Shown here: positions 18,334-25,697 of the stretch, piece by piece
Position numbering within the stretch: the first letter of the stretch is position 1
How the letters are laid out: every line of letters begins with the position of its first letter
Assembly: GCA_963761865.1 (NCBI GenBank)
Contig: CAVXIE010000003.1
Span: 127,960 to 191,959, forward strand
Length of the DNA: 64,000 bases
Reading direction: 5' to 3'
Origin: Candidatus Staskawiczbacteria bacterium
Lineage (GTDB): Bacteria; Patescibacteriota; Minisyncoccia; Minisyncoccales; Staskawiczbacteraceae
Notes under the pieces: generated by a model
The model's input: only the letters and a program-made list of their open reading frames with translations
The model's database searches: none
What the model was told of the DNA's origin: nothing
Translations under genes and position numbers: made by a program

Positions 18334-18361
18334 AAAAAACTCCGCGGATGCGGAGTTTTTT
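18334..18361. terminator. Bidirectional intrinsic terminator between convergent genes
   Basis: An A6 run, ctccgc-ggat-gcggag, then a T6 run. Confidence 0.75.
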
Positions 18362-18365
18362 AATG

Positions 18366-18644
18366 CTACTGCGACTTTTTGTCTTTTGGATAAAATTTTA
18401 TTGCCACATATGCGCCGACTGCGTTTCCTAATCCATAAATGACTATCAGCAAAATACTGTCTGACGGATTTAAATTGCTGATTATCCCGTATAAAATCAG
18501 CATATTTATTATCGTCAATGTAAAAGAGGCGATTGAAGTGGGCAGGGCTCTTTTCTCAGTAATTAGGCGGTAATAAATAGTGATGGCAATATCCTGTAAA
18601 ACTCCCGCGCCAAAATAAGTTAAATAAATAAGAAAATTTTGCAT
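18366..18644 (-). CDS. Small membrane protein (about 92 aa), function unknown
   Basis: Three hydrophobic segments. The start was trimmed to MQNFLIYL because the longer ORF (to 18683) runs into the tRNA-Leu gene. Confidence 0.5.
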   Translation of the reverse strand: MQNFLIYLTYFGAGVLQDIAITIYYRLITEKRALPTSIASFTLTIINMLILYGIISNLNPSDSILLIVIYGLGNAVGAYVAIKFYPKDKKSQ

Positions 18645-18651
18645 AGTATTG

Positions 18652-18736
18652 TGCCCGAGGTGGGAGTTGAACCCACATGACATTGCTGTCGCGGGATTTT
18701 GAGTCCCGTGCGTCTGCCAATTCCGCCACCCGGGCC
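18652..18736 (-). tRNA. tRNA-Leu (anticodon CAA)
   Basis: The minus-strand read GCCCGGGTGGCGGAATTGGCAGACGCACGGGACTCAAAATCCCGCGACAGCAATGTCATGTGGGTTCAACTCCCACCTCGGGCA folds by eye into a cloverleaf. It has a 7-bp acceptor stem, anticodon stem CGGGA/TCCCG with loop CTCAAAA, a long variable arm (class II) and a GGTTCAACTCC T-arm. CCA is not encoded. Confidence 0.9.
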
Positions 18737-18781
18737 GATAAGCATCGTTCTTTATTAAACTATCATATTTTTTGGGTTATA

Positions 18782-20542
18782 TCAAGATTCTTCCCAGGTG
18801 GCTTCAACAATTTTTTCGGGAAATTTTTGCGATAATCTAAGCAAATTCGGGCAGGAAATTTTATGTATGACTGCCGCTCGATGCCTGGTTAAGTATGCTT
18901 TTGACGAATCTCCCGGTTTTGGCAGACAACACTTTGCCACGTTGATCATCATTCCTTTTTGGCCGGCAAGATACAGTTGTCTTGGCTTTGCTTTTATGAT
19001 TTTTGTTTTTTCCTCTTTCTTTCTTTTTCTTTCCTGGCGGTAAGTGCTTGCTTTCTTTGATATTTCAACTATCTTATTTTTAATGTATGAAGGGATTGAA
19101 AAAAACGACGACCTGACATTTTCAGTAGTCAGTTTTTTAATATGATTTTTGGCAAAATTGGTTTTTACAAACTTAAGCCAGTCTTGAGATGGCAATCTTT
19201 TTCTGTTGGTGACTATCTCTATTACGTCTCCGTTATTAAGCGGCTGGGATAGAGGGATTATCTTACCGCCAATCTTTGCGCTTTCACAATGATTGCCGAC
19301 TTCTGAGTGTACTGCGTATGCAAAATCAACTGCTGTTGACCCTTTGGGTAAGTTGATTACATCACCCTTTGGAGTGAACGCAAAAATTTGGTTCTCAAAA
19401 AAGTTAATTTTCAGAGTTTTCCAAAAATCCGGTATCTCTTTTGTCCAGTTGAATTTTGCGCCTTCTTTTTTGAGATTAACTTTTTCCTTGTAAGACCAGT
19501 GGGCGCAGACCCCGTATTCCGCTTCTTTATTCATTTCATTGGTTCTTATCTGTATCTCTGAAACGATATCTTTTTCAAGGAAAACGGTGGTGTGCAGGGA
19601 TTTATATCCATTTGGCTTCGGTCTGGCAATGTAGTCGTTTATCTCTCCTGAAATGGGTTTGAAATATTTATGTATTATGCCAAGGGTTTTGTAACAATCT
19701 GCCACGTTTTGCATAATGACTCTCAATGCAACTAGGTCATTAATTTTTTCAAAATTCATATCATGGACAATGAGTTTTTGATATGTGCTCCAATATGATT
19801 TCGCCCGATAATTGATATCCAGAAATTTTATTTTTTCATCATGCAGGATTCTTTTTAAGTGGGGGATAAATTTTTTAAGATATTCCCGTCTTTCATTGTA
19901 TTCTTTTTTAATGTGTTCCTGTATCCATTTGAATTTCTCAGGGTGAAGGTGTGCAAAAGACAAATCTTCAAGTTTCACTTTTATTTCTCCCAGTCCCAGC
20001 CTGTTGGCTATCGGTACAAAAAGCTGCAGTGTTTCTGTAGCGTAAATGTCTTGCATCTCTTTGGGCAGTTTTTCTAAGCTGTTCATTCCGTCAATCCTGG
20101 CGGCAAGTTTTATTAAAATTACTCTTATGTCTCCGGCTATGGCAAGAAACATTCTTCTGATATTTTCAATTTTTTCTTCTGTTGGAACTTTTTCCTGTCT
20201 TACATCAATTGCAATAGAATAGTATATTTTATTCAATGTTGATGACTTTTCTGCCAATATTGCAACGTCATCCCCAAATTTTTCCTCAATTTTTTCCAGT
20301 CTTTCTTTCTGTTCGCTTGGATCTTGGGTATTTATCGTATTGTATAAAAAAGCTGCAGCGATAGTTTTTTGGTCTACACCCATATCGTGCAATATAACAG
20401 CTGTTCTGGTCGCGTGTTCCAAATAGTTTTCGCCGGAAAGCCACTTTGCACTTTGATAAGATTCTTTCGCGAACTCAAAAACATCCTCAATAAATTTTGG
20501 ATTTTTGCTGTTTTTAATTAACCGTTGAATACTTTCTGACAT
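18782..20542 (-). CDS. relA: Bifunctional (p)ppGpp synthetase/hydrolase (RelA/SpoT homologue: HD, synthetase and TGS domains)
   Basis: HD region (EHATRTAVILHDMGVD), synthetase region (YKSLHTTV, IQIRTNEMN) and TGS domain (IFAFTPKGDVINLPKGSTAVDFAYAVHSEVG). Confidence 0.88.
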   Translation of the reverse strand: MSESIQRLIKNSKNPKFIEDVFEFAKESYQSAKWLSGENYLEHATRTAVILHDMGVDQKTIAAAFLYNTINTQDPSEQKERLEKIEEKFGDDVAILAEKSSTLNKIYYSIAIDVRQEKVPTEEKIENIRRMFLAIAGDIRVILIKLAARIDGMNSLEKLPKEMQDIYATETLQLFVPIANRLGLGEIKVKLEDLSFAHLHPEKFKWIQEHIKKEYNERREYLKKFIPHLKRILHDEKIKFLDINYRAKSYWSTYQKLIVHDMNFEKINDLVALRVIMQNVADCYKTLGIIHKYFKPISGEINDYIARPKPNGYKSLHTTVFLEKDIVSEIQIRTNEMNKEAEYGVCAHWSYKEKVNLKKEGAKFNWTKEIPDFWKTLKINFFENQIFAFTPKGDVINLPKGSTAVDFAYAVHSEVGNHCESAKIGGKIIPLSQPLNNGDVIEIVTNRKRLPSQDWLKFVKTNFAKNHIKKLTTENVRSSFFSIPSYIKNKIVEISKKASTYRQERKRKKEEKTKIIKAKPRQLYLAGQKGMMINVAKCCLPKPGDSSKAYLTRHRAAVIHKISCPNLLRLSQKFPEKIVEATWEES

Positions 20543-20555
20543 TGTCTATATAGGA

Positions 20556-22574
20556 CTAGTCTTTTTTATATTCGCAATCCTTATTAGAACATTTAATTTG
20601 TCCTTTTTTTGTTTCAACAAGAATTGATTCGCAGGTTGGACAAAATTCATTGACGGGTTTATCCCAAGTGGCAAAATCGCATTTGGGATAATTATCGCAT
20701 CCGTAAAATATCTTTCCGCGCTTGCTTCTTTTGGCAGACAGCTTTCCTGTCTTACATTTTGGGCAGGCAATATCAATCGCATTTTGCTGTGCCACCAATG
20801 ATTCCGTATGTTTGCACTCAGGAAATCCGGTACAAGCATAAAATCTGCCGAACCGTCCCATTTTGTCTACCATTGGCTTCCCGCACTTCGGGCAGATCTT
20901 ATCCGTTTTAATATCCAGATTTTCTTTGGGCACATCTTCGTATTTTTCTTTCAGGTTTTTAGCGAATGGTCCGTAAAAATCCTTGCAGGTTTTTTGCCAG
21001 GTGTCTTTGCCTTCGGCGATTTCATCCAGTTCTTTTTCCAATTTGGCGGTAAAATCAATATCAACAATTTGCGGAAAATTTTCCACTAAAATATCATTTA
21101 CGATGAAACCCATTTCGGTCGGGATAAAGCGCCGTTGATCGTCTTTGGCGATGTAATTTCTTTCTTGAATAGTGGCGAGTGTCGGCGCATAGGTTGAAGG
21201 TCTGCCGATGCCGTGTTTTTCAAGCGCTTTAATTAATGTGGCTTCGTTAAATCTTGCCGGAGGTTCAGTGAAATGCTGGCTTGGGTTTATTTCTGATAAG
21301 TTCAAGATTTCAGCTTCTTTTAAAATTGGCATTTCAGTTTCGGTAAATTTGACCGGGTAAACTTTCAAAAATCCGTCAAATTTTAAGATTTGTCCGGTTG
21401 CTCCAAAGCCATATTTGTTTGCCGTGATTTCTATAGAGGTTGAATCAAATTGCGCCGGCGCCATTTGGCTGGCAATAAATCTTTGCCAAATTAAAGTGTA
21501 AAGTTTTATTCTTGCGCCATCTAGCTGGTCTTTGATTGATTCAGGGGTTCGTTCGGCATAAGTTGGCCTGATGGCTTCGTGAGCTTCTTGCGCACCTTTG
21601 CCGGCCTTATATTTTTTTTGCAAAGAGTAATTATTTCCGAAAGATTCGGTGATAAATGTCTGCGCGGCGGCCAAAGACATTTCAGAAAGATTTAAAGAAT
21701 CGGTTCTATGATAAGTTATATGTCCTTCTTCATATAATTTTTGAGCTAGCGACATAGTCATCTTGGCGGGGAAGTGAAATTTTTGCCAGGCGGCCTGTTG
21801 CAATGTGCTAGTGGTGAACGGCGCCAAAGGGTTTTTCTTGGTTTCTTTTATTTCTATTTTTTCTATTTTGTATTCGGCGCTTTCTAGATCTTTTAAAATT
21901 TTGTCAGCCCTCTTTTTATTTTTTATTTCCAGTTTTTCCACTGGCTTGCCGTTCTCTTTGTTTAAAAAAGCTGAAAACTGTTTGGAATCTTTATTAAATA
22001 TTGCTTCGATTTCCCAGTATTCTTCAGGAACGAAAGCTTTGATTTCTCTTTCTTTCTCAACTACTAATCTTACGGCAACAGATTGCACTCTGCCGGCAGA
22101 AAGTCCTTTGGAAACTTTTTTCCATAAAAACGGCGACAGTTTATATCCCACAATTCTGTCTAATACTCTTCGGGCTTGCTGAGCGTCAACTAATTTCATA
22201 TCAATATGCCCCGGGTTTTTTAGCGCGTGTTCAATAGCGGTTTTGGTGATTTCATGGAAAACAATTCTTTTTGGGTCTTTAAGTTTTAGAGCTTCTTGCA
22301 AATGCCAGGCGATTGACTCTCCTTCACGGTCTTGGTCAGTCGCCAGTATGGTTTCATCTGCCGCCTTAGACTCTTTTTTTAGAAGAGAAACAGTTTTTTT
22401 TGCCTTGGTCGGAATAATATATTTTGGCTCAAAATTTTTATCAACGTCAACGCCAAGTTCCGTTTTCGGCAAATCCCGTACGTGTCCATAAGACGCTACA
22501 ACCTTATAATCTTTACCTAGAAAGCGGCTTATCGTCTTTGATTTAGTTGGACTCTCTACGATAATTAATTGCAT
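20556..22574 (-). CDS. topA: DNA topoisomerase I
   Basis: TOPRIM N-terminus MQLIIVESPTKSKTISRFLG, the DQDREGE motif, the active-site region ITYHRTDS and C-terminal zinc ribbons (CPKCGKPM, CPKCKTGKL, CPTCESIL). Confidence 0.95.
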   Translation of the reverse strand: MQLIIVESPTKSKTISRFLGKDYKVVASYGHVRDLPKTELGVDVDKNFEPKYIIPTKAKKTVSLLKKESKAADETILATDQDREGESIAWHLQEALKLKDPKRIVFHEITKTAIEHALKNPGHIDMKLVDAQQARRVLDRIVGYKLSPFLWKKVSKGLSAGRVQSVAVRLVVEKEREIKAFVPEEYWEIEAIFNKDSKQFSAFLNKENGKPVEKLEIKNKKRADKILKDLESAEYKIEKIEIKETKKNPLAPFTTSTLQQAAWQKFHFPAKMTMSLAQKLYEEGHITYHRTDSLNLSEMSLAAAQTFITESFGNNYSLQKKYKAGKGAQEAHEAIRPTYAERTPESIKDQLDGARIKLYTLIWQRFIASQMAPAQFDSTSIEITANKYGFGATGQILKFDGFLKVYPVKFTETEMPILKEAEILNLSEINPSQHFTEPPARFNEATLIKALEKHGIGRPSTYAPTLATIQERNYIAKDDQRRFIPTEMGFIVNDILVENFPQIVDIDFTAKLEKELDEIAEGKDTWQKTCKDFYGPFAKNLKEKYEDVPKENLDIKTDKICPKCGKPMVDKMGRFGRFYACTGFPECKHTESLVAQQNAIDIACPKCKTGKLSAKRSKRGKIFYGCDNYPKCDFATWDKPVNEFCPTCESILVETKKGQIKCSNKDCEYKKD

Positions 22575-23520
22575 AACGATTTTTTCTTTTTTTAATTTTA
22601 ATTTCTAAACTTTTTCTAAATAGCTTGAATTTTCTCTCCAAGTATAGCTCTGAATTTTTGTAAAGATAATTTATAAGAATTTTAGCAGAACTTGCTCGGT
22701 AGGCGATATGAAAAATAAATTGGATCTTTCTCGTTTTTGCGATTTTTGAATAGATCTGGAATTTAGAGAAAAAATGATTTTGTAAAAAAGAAACAGTATT
22801 TTTTCCTCCACAAACGCTTAGTGTTGGATAGCCATGTTTTTTATCAAAACTTATACTTCCGTCTCCATCAATTATCCCACGGATAAAATCTCGGATATAT
22901 ATTTTGGGAACGTTCGGTATATTCTCGCGTAAGCTTTTTCTATATTTAATCCCTAATTTTTTTAGGTCGTTAACAATTGTTTGGTTTGTTATGCAAAAAT
23001 GGTTTGCGTTTTTGCATAAAGATATTTTATGCTCTGACGAAAGCTCCTTTTTTATTTTTTCTAAAACGTCAGTGTCTCTTTTTTGCACTCCAAATTTTAG
23101 AGCATCGCTATATCCTTTGTACGTCCCTTCTATGATGCAGCCGTCAGCTAAGGTGAAGCCGAGAATATAGGCCATATTGGCAGACCACTTTTTGAAATAA
23201 TCCTCGTTCACATTCAGTCGTGAATAATTTCTGTTTTGCCTTAACCCCAATCGTTCGCCTTGGGCCCAGATAGCAGTTTTTGACCTTCTGGGCAGGAGTT
23301 TTTGGAGTTTTTCGACGCGAATGTTGTAGAAATATTTTTGCAGTATTCTGTTTTCTCCTGGTTGCCACAATTTTGCTGACGGGAGACTTAAACTTAGCGC
23401 CTTAGCTACTATGGTGTCTTTTGTTCTTCTTGGAAACATTTTTGCCAAATCTTTGACGCGCGTTACCGGGTAAAATTTTTTCAGGAGAAAGATCTCTTTT
23501 TTTGACCAATGCTTAATCAT
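22543..23520 (-). CDS. Free-standing double-motif LAGLIDADG endonuclease-family protein with two N-terminal Myb/SANT-like repeats
   Basis: Two LAGLIDADG-type motifs (YILGFTLADGCI and FIRGIIDGDGSI). Two internal repeats of about 45 aa (WSKKEIFLLKKFY...FPRRTKDTIVAKALSLSL and WQPGENRILQKYFY...LPRRSKTAIWAQGERLGL). The 3' end overlaps the topA start by 32 nt. Confidence 0.75.
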   Translation of the reverse strand: MIKHWSKKEIFLLKKFYPVTRVKDLAKMFPRRTKDTIVAKALSLSLPSAKLWQPGENRILQKYFYNIRVEKLQKLLPRRSKTAIWAQGERLGLRQNRNYSRLNVNEDYFKKWSANMAYILGFTLADGCIIEGTYKGYSDALKFGVQKRDTDVLEKIKKELSSEHKISLCKNANHFCITNQTIVNDLKKLGIKYRKSLRENIPNVPKIYIRDFIRGIIDGDGSISFDKKHGYPTLSVCGGKNTVSFLQNHFFSKFQIYSKIAKTRKIQFIFHIAYRASSAKILINYLYKNSELYLERKFKLFRKSLEIKIKKRKNRYAINYRRESN

Positions 23521-23573
23521 TAATCAATTATATCATTAAGTGGGGCTTTCTACAATAACTAAATTCATAATTT

Positions 23574-24305
23574 TTATTTATTTTCTTCTGGCCACACTTG
23601 CTTTATGATTCTTTGAGCCATTAGTGTTGAATCTTCTCTACTTTTTTCTATATTTTCCCTATTCTCTTGGTCTAATCCTGAAACTGGAGAGTATGGTCTT
23701 TTAGTCTTCACTCCGCTCATTTTCTTTAGTCCTTTTAAGACGATATCTGGTTCATCTCCTAATTTTCCAACAAAAATCTGGGAATCTGATGGCAGTGGAT
23801 TGGGGAAACGTTCATCTTTTAGATAGTCATCTAATCTATCGTGTGAAGTGAAAACTACTGCGTAATCAAATTCATTCATTGATTTCTTAAAAGTGCGTGC
23901 TATGTTTTTCAATGTAAATCCGTCGGAAACGAATTCTGTAATTATTAGTACCTTCTTATGGCCAAAGTTTAATTTTTTGATATAATCCCTAGCCCTTTGT
24001 ATTTCTTCAGCTTCTTGGAAAAGTCTACCAGCAGCTAAAAAATATATTTTAATATCGTCGTCCGTTTCTTTCGGTTCTGGTCCTCTTTCTTTCAATATCT
24101 TACCCAAAACTAAAGTTGGTATTCTGCCTTTAGCATCGTCTCCCAATAAAACACCGTAATCTCCTTGTTCAATTTTATCTTTCAGCTGTGTCACCAAAGA
24201 AGTCATTGCCACCTCAAGATCATTCATGAGTTCAAAATTATATTCTTGTTTTTCGGTTTCTTGAATTTCTGGTTCCTGTTCCGGTTGTGATGGTGTTTCG
24301 CTCAT
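23574..24305 (-). CDS. Hypothetical protein with acidic N-terminus and a possible type I phosphoribosyltransferase-like fold
   Basis: The N-terminus is SETPSQPEQEPEIQETEKQE. KVLIITEFVSDGFTL resembles a PRPP-loop pattern (hydrophobic run, acidic residue, xxxGxT), but the usual DD pair is TE. The family call is tentative. Confidence 0.4.
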   Translation of the reverse strand: MSETPSQPEQEPEIQETEKQEYNFELMNDLEVAMTSLVTQLKDKIEQGDYGVLLGDDAKGRIPTLVLGKILKERGPEPKETDDDIKIYFLAAGRLFQEAEEIQRARDYIKKLNFGHKKVLIITEFVSDGFTLKNIARTFKKSMNEFDYAVVFTSHDRLDDYLKDERFPNPLPSDSQIFVGKLGDEPDIVLKGLKKMSGVKTKRPYSPVSGLDQENRENIEKSREDSTLMAQRIIKQVWPEENK

Positions 24306-24311
24306 AGTTTT

Positions 24312-24363
24312 AAAAATTAATTAATTTAAAATTGATTGAAAATTAGGAATTGAAAATTGGAAA
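24312..24363 (-). repeat. 7-nt-periodic AT-rich tract directly after the dprA stop and up to the next gene start
   Basis: The minus-strand read is TAA-tttccaattttcaattcctaattttcaatcaattttaaattaattaatttttaaaactATG. It contains the 29-mer shared with 1114-1142. Confidence 0.7.
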
Positions 24364-25239
24364 TTACGCTATGGAATAAGTATTCCCGCCCAGATTTCGT
24401 ATCTTACCCGAAATCTCCATTAAGGCAAGCGTTGTCATAATAGTAGAAGCATTCAAACTTGTCTTTTCTATTATCTTATCAATATATAAAGCTTCTTCTT
24501 TGAGCATGTCTAAAATAACGCTTTCTGTTTCGTTCTCTGCGTATGAAATTTTATTACTTTTAGACTCTTTAAATAGTTTTTCAATTTTTAATTCTTTCAA
24601 AATATCATTTACATTTTCTGTAAGAGTCGCGCCATTTTTGATAAGGTAATTCGTTCCTTTGGCATTTAAGGTAAAAATTTGTCCTGGCACGGCAAATAAT
24701 TTTTTGCCTTGTTCTTTGGCGTATCGAGCGGTGATTAATGACCCCGATCTTTCTTTGGCTTCAACTACTAATACTCCTAACGACAATGCCGAAACAACTC
24801 TATTTCTTTGGCGAAAATTATTTGGATAACCCGGAGTTCCGGGCGGAAATTCCGAAATTAAGCATCCTCCTTGTTCAACTATTTTTCTTGATAACTGTAA
24901 ATTTTCTTGAGGATAAATACTTTCTTCGTCCAATCCCGTACCCAGTATGGCAATTGTGCGTTTATTTTTTTCAACGCAGGTTCTGTGGGCGAATGTGTCA
25001 ATTCCTGGTGCCATTCCTGAAACAATAGTTAATCCTGTGTCGGCAAGCTCTCCTGTTATTTGAATTGCGACTTGCTGGCCATATGGTGATGGGCGACGAG
25101 TGCCGACAACTGCAAAACAATTTTCTTTTTTGTCTGGCAAAATTCCCCGATAATATAAAATTTCCGGCGCATCGGAAATTTGTTTCAAAAGTTCTGGATA
25201 ATCTTCATCTGTGATTTTAATGCTTTTTATCGCGTTCAT
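24364..25239 (-). CDS. dprA: DNA-processing protein DprA (Smf)
   Basis: Rossmann-like core with VVGTRRPSPYG, SGMAPGIDTFAHR and GSLITARYAKEQGKKLFAVPG, plus a C-terminal winged-helix-like tail. Confidence 0.88.
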   Translation of the reverse strand: MNAIKSIKITDEDYPELLKQISDAPEILYYRGILPDKKENCFAVVGTRRPSPYGQQVAIQITGELADTGLTIVSGMAPGIDTFAHRTCVEKNKRTIAILGTGLDEESIYPQENLQLSRKIVEQGGCLISEFPPGTPGYPNNFRQRNRVVSALSLGVLVVEAKERSGSLITARYAKEQGKKLFAVPGQIFTLNAKGTNYLIKNGATLTENVNDILKELKIEKLFKESKSNKISYAENETESVILDMLKEEALYIDKIIEKTSLNASTIMTTLALMEISGKIRNLGGNTYSIA

Positions 25240-25260
25240 TTATAAATCATAACATAATTC

Positions 25261-25288
25261 TTGAAAAATAATAAATTTCGGGTAGGAT
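25261..25288 (+). promoter_or_regulatory. Candidate promoter (TTGAAA-16-TAGGAT) for the Cys-rich 102-aa ORF
   Basis: Hexamers read directly from the sequence. The SD taaggag lies 6 nt before the ATG at 25337. Confidence 0.35.
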
Positions 25289-25336
25289 GTAGGCATCGCC
25301 CGTTCTTTCCTAGTCCACTTTAATAAGGAGTTTTAA

Positions 25337-25645
25337 ATGGCCGGTAAATCTATTATTGTTAATGAACTCGGAGACATTATAATCGTGTCTCATGTATCTT
25401 CTAAAGAAGATGATGAGCTATTCTCTCAAAGTTCTCCGACACATTATTGCGGCTGCCAAATAAAAATAATTGAAGTCCCGGGTGATTATCATATTCTCGT
25501 ATGCGAGAGATGTCTTTTTAGGATGCGTGTGCACAAAGAAGTAAAAACCTGCGGGCAGTTTCGCCAGTGGTGTGATAATGGAATGCGCCGCAGGAGCGCA
25601 GAAAGAACGGAATTGCGCTTTGCTATGGAAAGTCGCGCGTGTTAA
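25337..25645 (+). CDS. Hypothetical Cys-rich small protein (102 aa) in a G+C-rich mini-cassette
   Basis: Strong SD and its own terminator. HYCGCQ...VCERC suggests a CxC...CxxC zinc-ribbon-like site. I recognised no family. Confidence 0.5.
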   Translation: MAGKSIIVNELGDIIIVSHVSSKEDDELFSQSSPTHYCGCQIKIIEVPGDYHILVCERCLFRMRVHKEVKTCGQFRQWCDNGMRRRSAERTELRFAMESRAC

Positions 25646-25667
25646 GACTGTGTGACTGAAAAATCTA

Positions 25668-25697
25668 AGCCGGCGGTTTGCTTACTGCCGGTTTTTT
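25668..25697. terminator. Intrinsic terminator between convergent genes (25337 ORF and mfd)
   Basis: gccggcgg-tttgctta-ctgccggt followed by a T6 run, with an A-run on the other side. Confidence 0.65.

Noticed and set aside
18645-18683. N-terminal extension of the small membrane protein ORF (18366..18683)
   Set aside because: The extension runs into the tRNA-Leu(CAA) gene (18652-18736, same strand). I trimmed the start to the Met at 18644.
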